Positions 12,588-24,600 of a stretch of 64,000 nt of DNA are shown here, piece by piece. The notes below the pieces were generated by a model. That model was not told the origin of the DNA. It searched no databases and saw only the letters and a program-made list of their open reading frames with translations. Source of the stretch: Psammoneis japonica. Its lineage: Eukaryota. The DNA lies in NCBI GenBank assembly GCA_008632985.1, contig QPGO01000300.1:1-64000 (forward strand). Direction: 5' to 3'. Positions within the stretch are counted from its first letter, which is position 1; every line of letters starts with the position of its first letter. The translations under genes were made by a program, and so were the position numbers.

Positions 12588-12845
12588 TGTTGACTTGTCA
12601 TGACTTGTGTTGACTTGTGATGACTCATGTTGACTTGTGTTGACTGTCCTCTGGTCATGTGTGCGTGGTGTCCATGCAAAGCTGTGTGTGTTCATGACAT
12701 TCTTCATCACGGGGGGCTGCAGGCAAGCAAGGTGCGGGAGACTGTCAGTTTGTCTTTGGACATTTCTGCACTTTTTGTTGACTTGTGTTGACTTCTGCCA
12801 ACTTTGGTTTGCTTGTGTTGACTTTTGTTGACTTGTGCTGACTTC
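12588..12845. repeat. Degenerate ~10-bp tandem repeat (tgttgacttg), in two clusters
   Basis: Repeated gttgactt / tgacttgtg units at ~12588-12645 and ~12776-12845. Confidence 0.7.
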
Positions 12846-14099
12846 CTTCTGCTCAGCGCATTCCGCGACCACTTTCTGCATTGACATTTCATGATTTAAT
12901 TGGCAACTTTGGCAAGGAGCATAAAGTTGACACTTGAGAACAAAACACTCAGATGCCAAATCCCACATGACATCATTTGTCTGTTGGACACACGCAAATG
13001 AACAAAGTGACAAAAATTTGCTGACGGTGCTGGTGCTCTTCTGCACAGTTTCTGTGCACTGACTCTGAGAGCCACGATGATTTCCATTGTTGTGGTGCAA
13101 TCCAAAAAACTGTCAATGTTGCAGTTCAGTGGAGCATGGTTCCACCCAGAGCAGCCAGAATGCGTCGCCTCTGCAATGCTGGCCATGGGGCACACCATCA
13201 TTCTCCATGGGGCACACCATCATTCTCCATGCAATGGGCACATGCAGAAAGGTGTTGTGTGTGTGTGCCCATGAGTGGAAAACTGTCACCAGCAATTTTT
13301 GCAATTTTCTGCATGAGTTGCTCACAGCACCTGCAAGGAATGTTGATGACAATGACGTCATCTAGAATGGTCGATTGGAGCACTTGGAAAGACACGAGTG
13401 AGCCAAATGGCACATCAGTTGAATTTGTTGTGTGCTCACATTGTTGTGTGTGCATGCCTCAAATTGGTGTGGATGCTGTTTTCATCCCCACATGGACGCC
13501 ATTGTCGCTTCTCATGTTGTGTTGCACTTTTGCAAGCATCTGTCGCATTTTCGATTCAACCTCATCTTTTTTTGAAATTGCACAAAATTGCCACACTGTC
13601 ATTTTACAAGAGAAATGCCAGGAAACTGGTGTCTGACACCCGCACATTCCGTCTGCAGCCAGATGCTCAAATTGTGAGGTGAGACAGAAAACTTTTCTGG
13701 CGGAGCTGCTCTCTCAGAGATCTTGCAGAATTGAGCAGAACACAGTGCACAAAATGAGCAGAAACTGTGCATGCATCAAGCCATGAAAAGACTTGTTGCA
13801 AACTGAGAAATGCACTTGGACATGCACACAGACAGATGCATGCACCCATGACAAGACAGGGTGAAGACAACATGGACAGGAGCCATTCAGCAATGTTGGG
13901 AGAGCACTGGATGGCAACTGCATGTGCCATTGGTGTGGGTGCACACAGTGTGAAAAGGACCCACCTTGGGGTTTAACTTGAGTCAAACACGTCCTTGGTC
14001 ATCACACAGACTTGGTCATTGACCTTGCAGCCACAATGCAAACATTGGCATTTTCATGTGCATTGTTGTGGAGGATGTTTTGAGCATGATGTTTGTTGA

Positions 14100-15260
14100 C
14101 AAATTTTCAGTTGGCCAGACATGTCATGGAAATGACCATGTCACAGCTGAAGACCAACTGACCCGGAGCAGACATGAGGGATGTGCATGACAGGCACTGT
14201 GCAGAGCCCACACACAATGGATTGAAGCATGCCAGCAATGGCCGAAATGTCAGAAGGTCTGCTGGAGCCAAGATCCATTGATTGGATGGAGCCACTGATG
14301 GCTTGGTGGACATGCTCAACAATTGTGTTTGCTTGCAGATTTTCAGCTGTTGCAGGCTTGCTTGGGATCAACTCCACAGCTGTCAAGTGAGTCAGTGAAC
14401 TGAGACATGAATTTTGATCCATTGTCACAAACAAGTGACTTGGGTCGTGGATTGAGCAGCACTCAATCAGATGTTCTTGGAGGTCTTGGAGCCACATGAT
14501 GACATTTCAATCCAGCAAGCAGCGAAGTTGAACACAGAGATGGCCTTGATGGCACAGTCAATGCCGCTGATGTCAGCAAACACACAGGGACCAAAGAAAT
14601 CAACTTGCGTGACTTGCCATGGCTTGCATGTGACATCCAGTGGCAGCAGTTCACTGCACTTTTTCATGGTGCATCTCTGCTTTTTTGACAGAAATGGAGA
14701 ACAAGAACACTCCTCTGCTTCTGAGGCACCATTTCTTCCTCATGACATGATGTCTTAAAAAGTCAACCTTGGGAGCAGTGAGGAAAGTTCCTTCAATGCA
14801 TCTGTGAAGGTTGTTCTTGGCAAGATGTTGAAGAACAATCTCAATTTTTGTTGAAGATGCTGGGCAAAGGTTGATTTTGCCAAACAAAAGAAGGACATCA
14901 AAGACTGCAGTGGTGTCTTGCACACCACCAAGTTGGTTCACAAAAGCTGGCAAGACATTGTTTGATGGCATGGCTCCTTGTGGCAGTTGCGGGCAGCATT
15001 GCTTGCCCCATGGCAGGAAGACAGCACAAAGCCTCATGGTTGAGAACAAAATGACAGCAGCCATGGTTGAGATTGAAGCATGTGGAATGAGTGGACCCTT
15101 TGATTTTCCAGATCATGTCATCAGGGTTTGGAGAGTTGGATGAGGATGGCACACAAGACATGAGTTTGGACACCACAAATTGGACAAGAAACAAATGCCA
15201 CCATTTTTCTTTGGTCGGAACAAATGTGGCATGCCCTGCTTGGAAGCAACGTGACAAGCA
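14100..15260 (-). pseudogene. Older, heavily decayed Gypsy pol fragment (RT to integrase)
   Basis: LPWGKQC..LPQGAMPS and VDFLRHH (RT); PWQVTQVDFFGP and QANTIVEHVHQ (integrase), paralleling PWTEVAVGLIGP and AANSICEQMHQ in the full-length element. Confidence 0.7.
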
Positions 15261-16139
15261 ACAGCGCCAATGTTCTCAAAAGCTCATCAACTTCTTTCCT
15301 TGCAACAGGGTGAAGTGCTTGAGGAGGGGCGGCACAAGCTCTGGCACAACAAGGCTTGGTTCCAGGCTTGACTTGGAGCTTGGCCAGTGGACCAGGAAAG
15401 CTGCACCAAGAGCACCATCAAATGAGTTGGGGTGCCAGCCAAACAACTCCAAACAATTGCATCCTGATGCCATCTTTTAACAATTCTTTTTGTTGCACTT
15501 GTTGCTTGAAATGGCATGAGTCTGATGTTGCATGGCAGCCAGCACAAAATTGGGTGAAGCTGTGCCAGTGGGGTCAATGTTGTCACTCCAATCTGTTGAC
15601 CTTTCTGGTTGCTTGGGGATGGCAGCATCATCCCATGGGACAGCCTCAGTCTTGACATTGAAGACAAGACCAAGCCTTTGACATGCTCGGTGGCCAACAA
15701 CAACACCATGGCATCCAATTGCCTTCTCTTTGATGTGAGCATGAATGTTTTTTTTTTGCTCTCATGCTGGCACCAAAAGACATTCAAGTCCTGGTTGTTG
15801 GCCGATTGGTCACCACAACAGCAGATTTCCTGACCCTGACCCCAACCTCCAACATTGTGGAAAATGCTGGCAGCACAGAACAAATGATGCTCTCCTCTCA
15901 AGTGTCCTTGCATGTGGTGGCTGGTGCTGCCATGATGTCAAGCTGCAGCTCCAATCTCAAGAACAAGACCTGTCTCAAAAAGAGCTTGCCCATTGTTCTG
16001 ATTCACTGGGCAATCACTTCGGCAACATGCGAGCATTGGCGCCACAGTCAAGCAAATTTGCACAGCATGTTGTGTGGGTGGGAACAACCAGAGCATGCGC
16101 ATTGAGTTTTTTGTGTGGGCACAATGATCATCAGAATGT

Positions 16140-19100
16140 CAAAAACAAAACAAAACCCAACTTCTGTTTTTAAAGTGCCGCCGGGCTTCCGCCCAGCAAC
16201 TCCGGCAACAAGCTGGCCCACACCCCCAGCACACATGTGTGCAGCAGGGGCGTGTTTCGATCAGCCTGCTCTGGCATCACCCTCGGGTGATGCCGCACCA
16301 AAGTGACTGGTGACAGTGCGAGTGCCCCTCGCTGCAAGCCGTTTCGCCTCCCTGATGCTGGATTTAAACATGGGTCTCACCATCTCCAACCAATTTTGCA
16401 ATCTTCAAGTTGAGTGAGTTGAGTGTTCTTCCACCAAGTCAAACAAAGCGGACCCATCCTTTGCAAGACATTCGTTTGACCGGGAGTAAATTGCCTTGAC
16501 TTCCACCTCTGCATCTCTCCTTTGGGCTGACTTCCTTGTCTCGGCATCGTGACCATGTGCTGCATCGTCATTTTGATCCCACAGTTCCCACCATTGGGGC
16601 CAAATGAAGCTTCCCACGGTGGCAGACCAATCCAATCTCTGGATGTTCTCCTCCACATCAGAAGGAAGCACCACATTCCTGAGGTGCGAAGCGTGTGCTG
16701 CAATTCATTGGATGGCAAATCTGCTGTCAAACAGGTGCCTCCATCCCATCAGATCTTGGGAACAGAACACCGTAATGACACTGTGGTGCAAGTCCTCTGG
16801 AAATGCTGTTTGATCGTGAAACCAAGCTTTGAGGGCTTCCAAGAGAAGATCTTGCAAGGGAGGAGGCATGTGGATGTCGTCGCATTTCTTGTGCAAGCCC
16901 TGAAGGAAAGTGCGTCGCCATGATTCATCATGAGGACATTTTAAAATGTGGCCACGATCCTCCATTGGGTGTGAGCAATGCACACAAGCGTCTGGGCAAT
17001 TTGGGTTGCACCGATGCGCCATCTGGTTGGTGGGAAGTAAATCTTGAACCAATTTGACCGTGCCAACCTTTCGTCTGATGTTCATTGACATGAGTTTGGA
17101 GTGAGACGCCCAATCTATAGACTGAAATGCTTCGTCTGTCCATGAGCATTTCTCTTTCATGTGCAGCACAAGTGCCGGGCAAGACGCTTCGCATGGCATC
17201 ACCTGCTTGAACTTGGGTCCCACTGTGGAATTGTTCAATGCCAGGTTGGCAGAACAATGAGGCATTTGCGGCGCGAGCAGGGTGTCGCTCTGGAACTTTC
17301 TGTGGCATTGTCCAGCGATCCTGTCTGCGCAGACATTCACTTTGGCAGGTGGAGAAAGTGTCTCATGTGGAGCACTAGAATCTTGGTGTCCTTTGACCCA
17401 CTGAACAGTGACGGAAGTGCACGGAGTGTTCTCAGCAGATGATGCAGCCATTGTTTCCATTGATGAGCAGATTTCATTGACAACATCCCAATCAGCAGAT
17501 GTGGTGTTCGCTGTGTGACTTCTGCAGTGAAAGTTGAGCAGCGCGGAGTCTGAATCCTGAACTGGGGAGCTTGACAGCGGTGTCTCGAACTTCGATGCAC
17601 GGCGGACGACAGCCAAGTTGTTGCAGCATGAGTCGCTTCCCAGAGGACAGCTTGCAAAACAATGTTCCATCACCTGAATTGAGAATCTCAGAAATCACAG
17701 CACTCCGTGTGCCTCCGCTCTGTGAGAAGTTGTGCGAAAACCAAACACTGGACCAGCGCAGTCCACCAGCCTGTCGACCCATCGCTGCCCGCTGTTGACC
17801 GGCACAACTGCAAGCAGTGTGCAATCTCGAAGACGGGTGCATGCATGTGAACGTCGGTGAAGAGGAACGATTCCCATTGTGGCAATGATGACAACCAAGC
17901 TTGAAAGTCCGAAGGAACCAGTGTGGTGGGAGGTGGGTCAAATGAAGATCCAGTGTGTCCAATGCGCCACCTGCCATCCTTGGCAGTGTCCACCATCGCT
18001 GGAGCAGCCCTCGGTGACAGATCGGGTGCCACCTCAAGAGGGTTGACAGATTGGGCAGAGCCATGAGACATGGGGAAAACCTGGAACCCCGAGTCAGACT
18101 TTGTGCACAAATGGTCTTCGTTGGGTTCACAGTGCACAGAAAAGGTCATGCGCATCTCCGTTGCAGGAATTGCCCAAGAACCCATTGGGCCTCGAAGTTC
18201 TAAATCGTCATTCTTGCATGACAACCTGCAGGCACGTTGCCATTGTTTCCATGCTCGAGCAGATGGGGCGGCCTGTTTGACTTGGTTCAATGTTGAAATG
18301 CTGCCAAGAACTGAGGTGATTCCTTGGAACTTGTGCTTGTCAAGTGCTCTGCCGTCGGGTGAGGTGACATCCGAAACTGTGAGGACGTTGAGGAACAAGC
18401 AACAACAGTTGTCCCACCTGACCTCTTTGTCAGAGAAAAGTCCCGAATCAAGCACTGTCTCCATGAGACATTGATCATTGTCTTGTTGAAGTGGAAGAAC
18501 TCCAGGTTTGTCCAGGTTGAAGGAAGCATTGATGCAAGAAAGGAAGGGTCTGAGTGAGCTGCGCCATTTCAACTCAGAATGTGGGAGACGGGAGTGCACA
18601 TCCTTCAAAAAGCTGACACCTGCACCCAGATGGAACTGAGTCCAAGACACTGCAATCCGTGAAAGGGCATGTGGCTGGCTGACACCTCTCCAGTGTGACA
18701 AGAGCTGCATGATTTGGCTGACTCCTTGTTCGACATCCAAAGACCGGAAACTGCCACCTCCGAGGGAATGTGGGCCAAAGAGGACATCTCGTTTCGTGTT
18801 GCAATTGTGTCCACATTTCACAAAGATCACACAGAATGGCTTTCCTCTGGATCTCCAACAGTTCCTTTGGGAGAAAATGGGTGTGTTTGGAAGGGTGCAC
18901 GTCATTGCTGCCAGGCAGCATGCAAAGCAATGGGTCCATGCTTCTTGCCGATCTAATGGGCATGATCAAAGAAACAATGCTGCATCGTCGCTCTTCTTCT
19001 TTGAGGCCTTGCAGTGCGTCTTTTGCGTTCCAGCCGGAGCTTTGTGGTGGCCCAAAGTCTTGTGAGATGAGCAAGGCGACAGTTGTGTGCCAGGCCTGCT

Positions 19101-19226
19101 GTCAGACTGATCTGCGGAAGAAGTGTCAATTGCGATTTCATCATTGTGTGCGCGAAGGCAAGGCTCGCCGTCCTCCGCAAAGTTCCATTCAATGACATGA
19201 AAGGAGCACTTTGGGAGTTGCAGCTC
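16140..19226 (-). mobile_element. LINE-A, 3' part of ORF2 (post-RT region, RNase H, CCHC finger); 3' end approximate
   Basis: ORFs 17688..18905 and 16705..17673: GSDGS, WVKGHQD, NVCAD, CVHC...EDRGHILKC. Continuous with 27945-32830 once LINE-B is removed. Confidence 0.85.
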
Positions 19227-19272
19227 ACAACACAAACAAACGCGCAAACGTGCAAGCTAAAAAAATGGCACC

Positions 19273-21666
19273 ATGGCACCTGAGAAAAGAAACAACTCTG
19301 CGGTGAAGAGTGACACTTCACCAAGGAAAGGTGTGAAAAAGAAACAAGGCAAAGGACAAGACGGTCAAGTGGCGGCAACGAATTCCATCGACAATCTCAA
19401 AGAAAAGGAGGATGACCATTCCAGCCAATGTCCATCGCTGTCCAGTGCAAACCCCACACAAAACTCACACAAGAAAGCACCCCCTTGCGCGAACCCAAAA
19501 AATGCCGACGGTCGTCCCAACACCAGAAGTCAAGGACTTCTTGAGGCAGAAAACAAGATTGCTCCAAATGAAGAAGTCATCAATGAAAACGATCACATGC
19601 AAGAACCAACTGAAGAGGAAGACCAGAGCAGATTCCTCCCGGACCTTCCTGACCCAGAATTGCAAGGAGAAACGACAAAACCGACAGACGTGATGGACAA
19701 CCTTGGTCTCACGAGCAGAAACCATGTCAACAACTCCGATGAAGATGAGGACGACAACTTCGACGACACCACAAAAAATCTCTTCGTCGCCGAATCTGAA
19801 GCCGCCAAAGAAGATCAATCAATGGAAGACGTCGAGGAAGACGAGGCAACCTCGGACAAAAACATGCAGAGCGGCTTTCATTGCACCGACATCCGCCACA
19901 ACGCATTTGTCGCCATCCCACCCTCCAAAAAACCTCTCAAAACAATCTCCACTGTCATCCGCAAAGCAGTCGATGTCATTGGAGATGTTCTCGGCGACAA
20001 AGTGATGATTGGCACGTGGGATCCAGAACTCGAGGACACCTTCGGCGCCTGGAGAGACGGCGACAACGTGCCGGAAGGCAAAGCGCAAGACAGAGAGACC
20101 ATCAGCTCCTTCATTGGTGTCGACCATCTTGCACCACAAGCCAACCAAGAACACAAAACATGTGCTCAAATCCGATTTATTGCTGCACGCGACCCTGACG
20201 ATGGTGAAATCGATTGCGACACCGCAGCCGAAAGGAAGTGCGGAGAAAGGCTTCTGGGTGCTTTTGAAGACATCGAAGAAGGTCAATTCAACGTTGGCCG
20301 CAACCCACTTCCATGCCAGTCCACCCAATCGGAATGTGTTGGATGGCTCTGCATGAGCACCAAAACGATGAGCGAAAAAACACTGCACTGCACCATCCGA
20401 AAGCATCTCGGCCTGGAATTCAAGCGCGACTCCCTTGGACTTCAATGGCGATCGATTGCATTGCCAACCGGACGCCGCCCCACTTTCGACAAGAAAGACC
20501 CAAAGAAAAATCCCGAGGCCTTGCACCTCATCGTTGATGTCAACTGTGCTCACCAAGTCAAAGTGGCCGCCGAGAAGTTGTGGAGTGTCGGAGCACCCAA
20601 ACGCATTCTTGGCCTGCAACTTCATCACGTCCCATGTTGCTCCTCACCAACCATGCGGAACGCTCCAGACGACATCCGTGAACATGTTGATGAGCTCGCA
20701 CAACGCCAACACCACTTCTGCAACAACACATTGAGTCAAACGGACTTTAATTTCATCGCCAATCTCGACGTGATCCGGAAATCCAGGAATCCTCCCACGA
20801 CCCTAGGAGCATTTCTGATGAGGAAACGCGTTCAAGACCCTGCATCAGACACCACTGAGATGATTCCACTGTTCCATCACATCAACCACAAGTGGAACAG
20901 GGAAAACGAGTGCATCATTGCCTTCCCAGAGAAGAACTTTAAGAAAGCGATGAGCACCATCAACAACCTCATTCCCGAGGTTCTTCATCACTTTGGACCA
21001 GACGCAGCCTTCTGGTTTACCTCACTCGGCATCTCGGTTTATGAAGACACCATTTGCAACCCGGGTGCAGGAACTGCCACCTCAGCCCAGAGCAACAAGA
21101 TCAAAGAGATCATCGAAGATGACCCCTGGGGCATGGAGGACGATTGGCAAGCACAAAAGAAAGCAAAGGGCGGATTGAATGACAAAGAGAAAAGGAACAC
21201 ATCCAAAGCCAAGTCACTCAAAAAACTGCCGGCTTCGCCATCCAAGAAGGCACCTTCACCAGCAAAAGAGGCAGCAGAACGTCTTGCTCAAGCTGATGAC
21301 ATCGGATCAACAGGTGTGCTTTGGGACAAAAGCGACGCCACTCAGTGCTCCAAAGCAAACAAGACGGTTCTTTTTGACAACAAGAACTTGGAAGAACCAC
21401 ACGAGTGCGAGAAGGACGACGCGTCCATCAAGACCACCGAATCCACTTGCGTCAAGCTTCAGAAGTCCCTTGAGGTCAACGACAAACTCCCAATCGAAGT
21501 GGAAGAGTTGCGCCAACAACTTGCGAAAGAACGCAACGAAGGTGATGTGGCACACCACCTTGACGACAAAGGTGGTGCACAATCAGCAACCAGTCTCTTG
21601 GCCACGGAGGCTGGACGACAAGAATGGTCTGCACCGTCCTCGGCAGGCCCGTCGACGCCTGCCTGA
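19273..21666 (+). CDS. LINE-B ORF1 protein (797 aa, acidic/low-complexity N-terminus, coiled-coil-like C-terminus)
   Basis: Long ORF starting 46 bp after the TSD and directly upstream of the endonuclease ORF; almost no Tyr. Confidence 0.75.
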   Translation: MAPEKRNNSAVKSDTSPRKGVKKKQGKGQDGQVAATNSIDNLKEKEDDHSSQCPSLSSANPTQNSHKKAPPCANPKNADGRPNTRSQGLLEAENKIAPNEEVINENDHMQEPTEEEDQSRFLPDLPDPELQGETTKPTDVMDNLGLTSRNHVNNSDEDEDDNFDDTTKNLFVAESEAAKEDQSMEDVEEDEATSDKNMQSGFHCTDIRHNAFVAIPPSKKPLKTISTVIRKAVDVIGDVLGDKVMIGTWDPELEDTFGAWRDGDNVPEGKAQDRETISSFIGVDHLAPQANQEHKTCAQIRFIAARDPDDGEIDCDTAAERKCGERLLGAFEDIEEGQFNVGRNPLPCQSTQSECVGWLCMSTKTMSEKTLHCTIRKHLGLEFKRDSLGLQWRSIALPTGRRPTFDKKDPKKNPEALHLIVDVNCAHQVKVAAEKLWSVGAPKRILGLQLHHVPCCSSPTMRNAPDDIREHVDELAQRQHHFCNNTLSQTDFNFIANLDVIRKSRNPPTTLGAFLMRKRVQDPASDTTEMIPLFHHINHKWNRENECIIAFPEKNFKKAMSTINNLIPEVLHHFGPDAAFWFTSLGISVYEDTICNPGAGTATSAQSNKIKEIIEDDPWGMEDDWQAQKKAKGGLNDKEKRNTSKAKSLKKLPASPSKKAPSPAKEAAERLAQADDIGSTGVLWDKSDATQCSKANKTVLFDNKNLEEPHECEKDDASIKTTESTCVKLQKSLEVNDKLPIEVEELRQQLAKERNEGDVAHHLDDKGGAQSATSLLATEAGRQEWSAPSSAGPSTPA

Positions 21667-21699
21667 GGAGGACGTTAAACAAGGAACACCAAGTCAACA

Positions 21700-24600
21700 A
21701 ACTGATGAGAGGTGGGGGGATTCCACGTTGCTGAAGAAGAAAAACAACATCTGAATTGCCTTCCACAATGCAGGATGCCTTCATGTTAACCTCAGCAGGA
21801 CAGACAAACACAAAGGCATTCTCGACTGGATCTCTGACAATCAAGCTGATCACATGGGGATTGGCGAAGTAAACCTCAACTTCTCCAGAATGTCAAAACA
21901 TGAACAGTGGAAAGACAGATGGAGGAATCTAAAAGGCGGAAGCTCTGTCATCGCTGCTGACAAGCACCACTCTACAGAGAACAAAAGACAACACGGAGGA
22001 GTCGGACAAATCCTGACACGTGATGTCAACCACCATTTGATTGCTGAGGGAATGGATCCTGTTGGACCAGGCCGCTGGACATGGACAAAGTTGCTGGGCA
22101 AAACTGGCATCCACACAAGGATCATTTTGATGCACCGTCCCACACCAGACAGAGGAGGAAACCCAGGAAGAGCCCACTCTCAACAGGAGACACACTTCAG
22201 TTCCAAAGGTGACGATCGGTGTCCACGAGACGCACTGCTCTTGGACCTCGGAAAGGACATCAAGAAGTGGCAGACGGAGGGCGACCTGATTGTCCTGGGA
22301 GGAGACTTCAATGAAAACGTTCACTCAGCCCCCTTCAGATCATGGATGCGCTCCTCAAACTTGATCGACGCACTCAAAACAGCACACCCGACACTCGAAC
22401 CAGTGGCTGCCTGCGACAAAAACCAGTCGGAAATTCAAATCGACACGGTTCTCATCTCACCTTCACTGGAAGTCAGCAGAGCAGGAATGTCAGGCTTTGG
22501 TGACTTCGATTGCACTTCGGACCACCGCATTGTCTGGATTGACATCATCAAGTCTAGCGCGCTGGGCCATGCTCCACCGAGGCTTGCCGACATTAAACCC
22601 GACAGACCAGCTGGCCAGCTGAAAGAGCCCAAAGTGACAAAAAAGTGCAACAAACCAACAGCAACCCAGATCCGTCAAGATGGCATGCTGCGTCGAGCGA
22701 TCGATCTTGAGAACTCCGAGGACTTCCCACCGGCCCTGCAACAAGACTGTGAAGAACTCTTTGCAAAGAATCACAGACTGCACCAAAACTCCAAAACCAA
22801 GTGCTGCAAGTTGCACATGAACGAGGTGGAATCGTCCGATAAAATCAACAAAGCAAGAAAGGAAATCCACCTTTGGTGCCCAATTTACAAGCTCCGACAG
22901 AGGCGCCACGTTGGCATGTCAATGACACGCCGACGAATGAAACACACCGGCCGCATGGATGCGCTGTCCATTGCCTCGAACCACATTCAACAGGAACACA
23001 AACAAGCGATGAAGAGGTGCTGCAGGCTAAAAAAGATGCCGCCAAACTCCGCCAGAGTGAATTTAAAACACAGTGTGCAAAAAGAGCTGAAGAAAACAAC
23101 ACTGCCGCAGAGCACGAGGAGAAACTCATGACGTGTTCCAGTCCCAGGTGACGCACAAAACGACAATTTATTTTGAACATGATTTGTGCATCTTTTAGTG
23201 TGTGAAGCATTTTCACACAAAATGCTCAGACGGATTGACTTTTACAGGCTTGCAGAGCATGCACATTTAAATGTTTTTTTGAGGGGTGTTCAAATCCTCA
23301 TGGGACAGGTGTCACAAACTTCCTCAGTAGACTCAATGCTGATTGTACGTCAGTGGATTTATGCTGAGATTTCTTTGTGGGTAGAAAACCCACCAAGCAG
23401 CATCGTAGAAAGATGTGTTTGGGCAACATCCAAGTGACGGCAATGTTTTCGCCGAAAATCATCCGTTGTGTTGCGAATCTTTTAACGCAATGAAAAACAT
23501 AGATGGCACAACAACAATGACATTGCAACACTCACACGAGTCTTGTTGGTGTTGCAAAACATTTGTGTTTGTACAAATCTGTGCTTTTGGTGGTGAAAGT
23601 TCGATCGTAAGTTAGGGACCGCGCAAAAATCGCGCAAATGTCGTTTTTGTGCACGATTTGGTTCACGTGCGGCTGGAACACGTCTCATCAGCCACAGCTG
23701 CCAACAAACCAAGGCATTCAGACGAATTAAACAGGTCACAGGGAAGGCAAGGTTGGCCTTGCAAACAGTCCAGGCAACAGGACGAGACAGGCAGGAAAAG
23801 GACTTCTCTGCCAAGAATGGCATGGAGCACGTGTGCGGCCGAGAAGGAACCGAACGGTTCAGTCAAACATTCACCAAAGGATCGAACATTCCTTTCATGC
23901 AGAAACCTCTGGTGAATGACTTTGGATGCTTGTCCGACACAAAAGCAGCAAAACAAGTTCTTGACGGCACACACAAGACCCCTGCAGGCGTCGATGCCTG
24001 CGCGGCGAAATTCATCGAACAATTGAAACAAGTGGACAACCGCATTCCACCCCTGGAATTGGATTGCAGCACAAAGGAACACATGGACGGATGGAGGAAG
24101 ATGAGGGCACACACATCGAGCAGTCCTTTTGGCCCCTCCTTTGCGGATTACAAAGCGGGAACACAAGACGAGGTGGTGTCAGAATTTGACTCCTGCATGG
24201 CAGTCATCCCAGCGAAGCACGGTTGTGCACCCAAATGCTGGACCAAAGCAGTCGATGTGATGATCCCGTAGAAAAGCGACTCCTCTCATGTGAAGAAGCT
24301 CCGAATCATTGTTCTCTTTGATGCAATGTATGATCAGGTCAACAAATGCCACATGCGCAACCTCATCAACCACGCTGAAACTTACAAGGCTGTTCCTTGG
24401 GAAGCATGTGGCAGCAGGAAACGGCACAGAGCAACTCACTGCGCTCTCAACAAGGTTCTGATGAACGACATGATGCGAATGCTTCACATCCCCGGTGCAA
24501 TCAACAGCGCCGACGCCAAATCATGCTGTGACAGGATCTCACATGCCATCGCTTCTCTCTGCATGAGGAAATGCGGCGCGGGCGAGGACGAAACCTTTGC

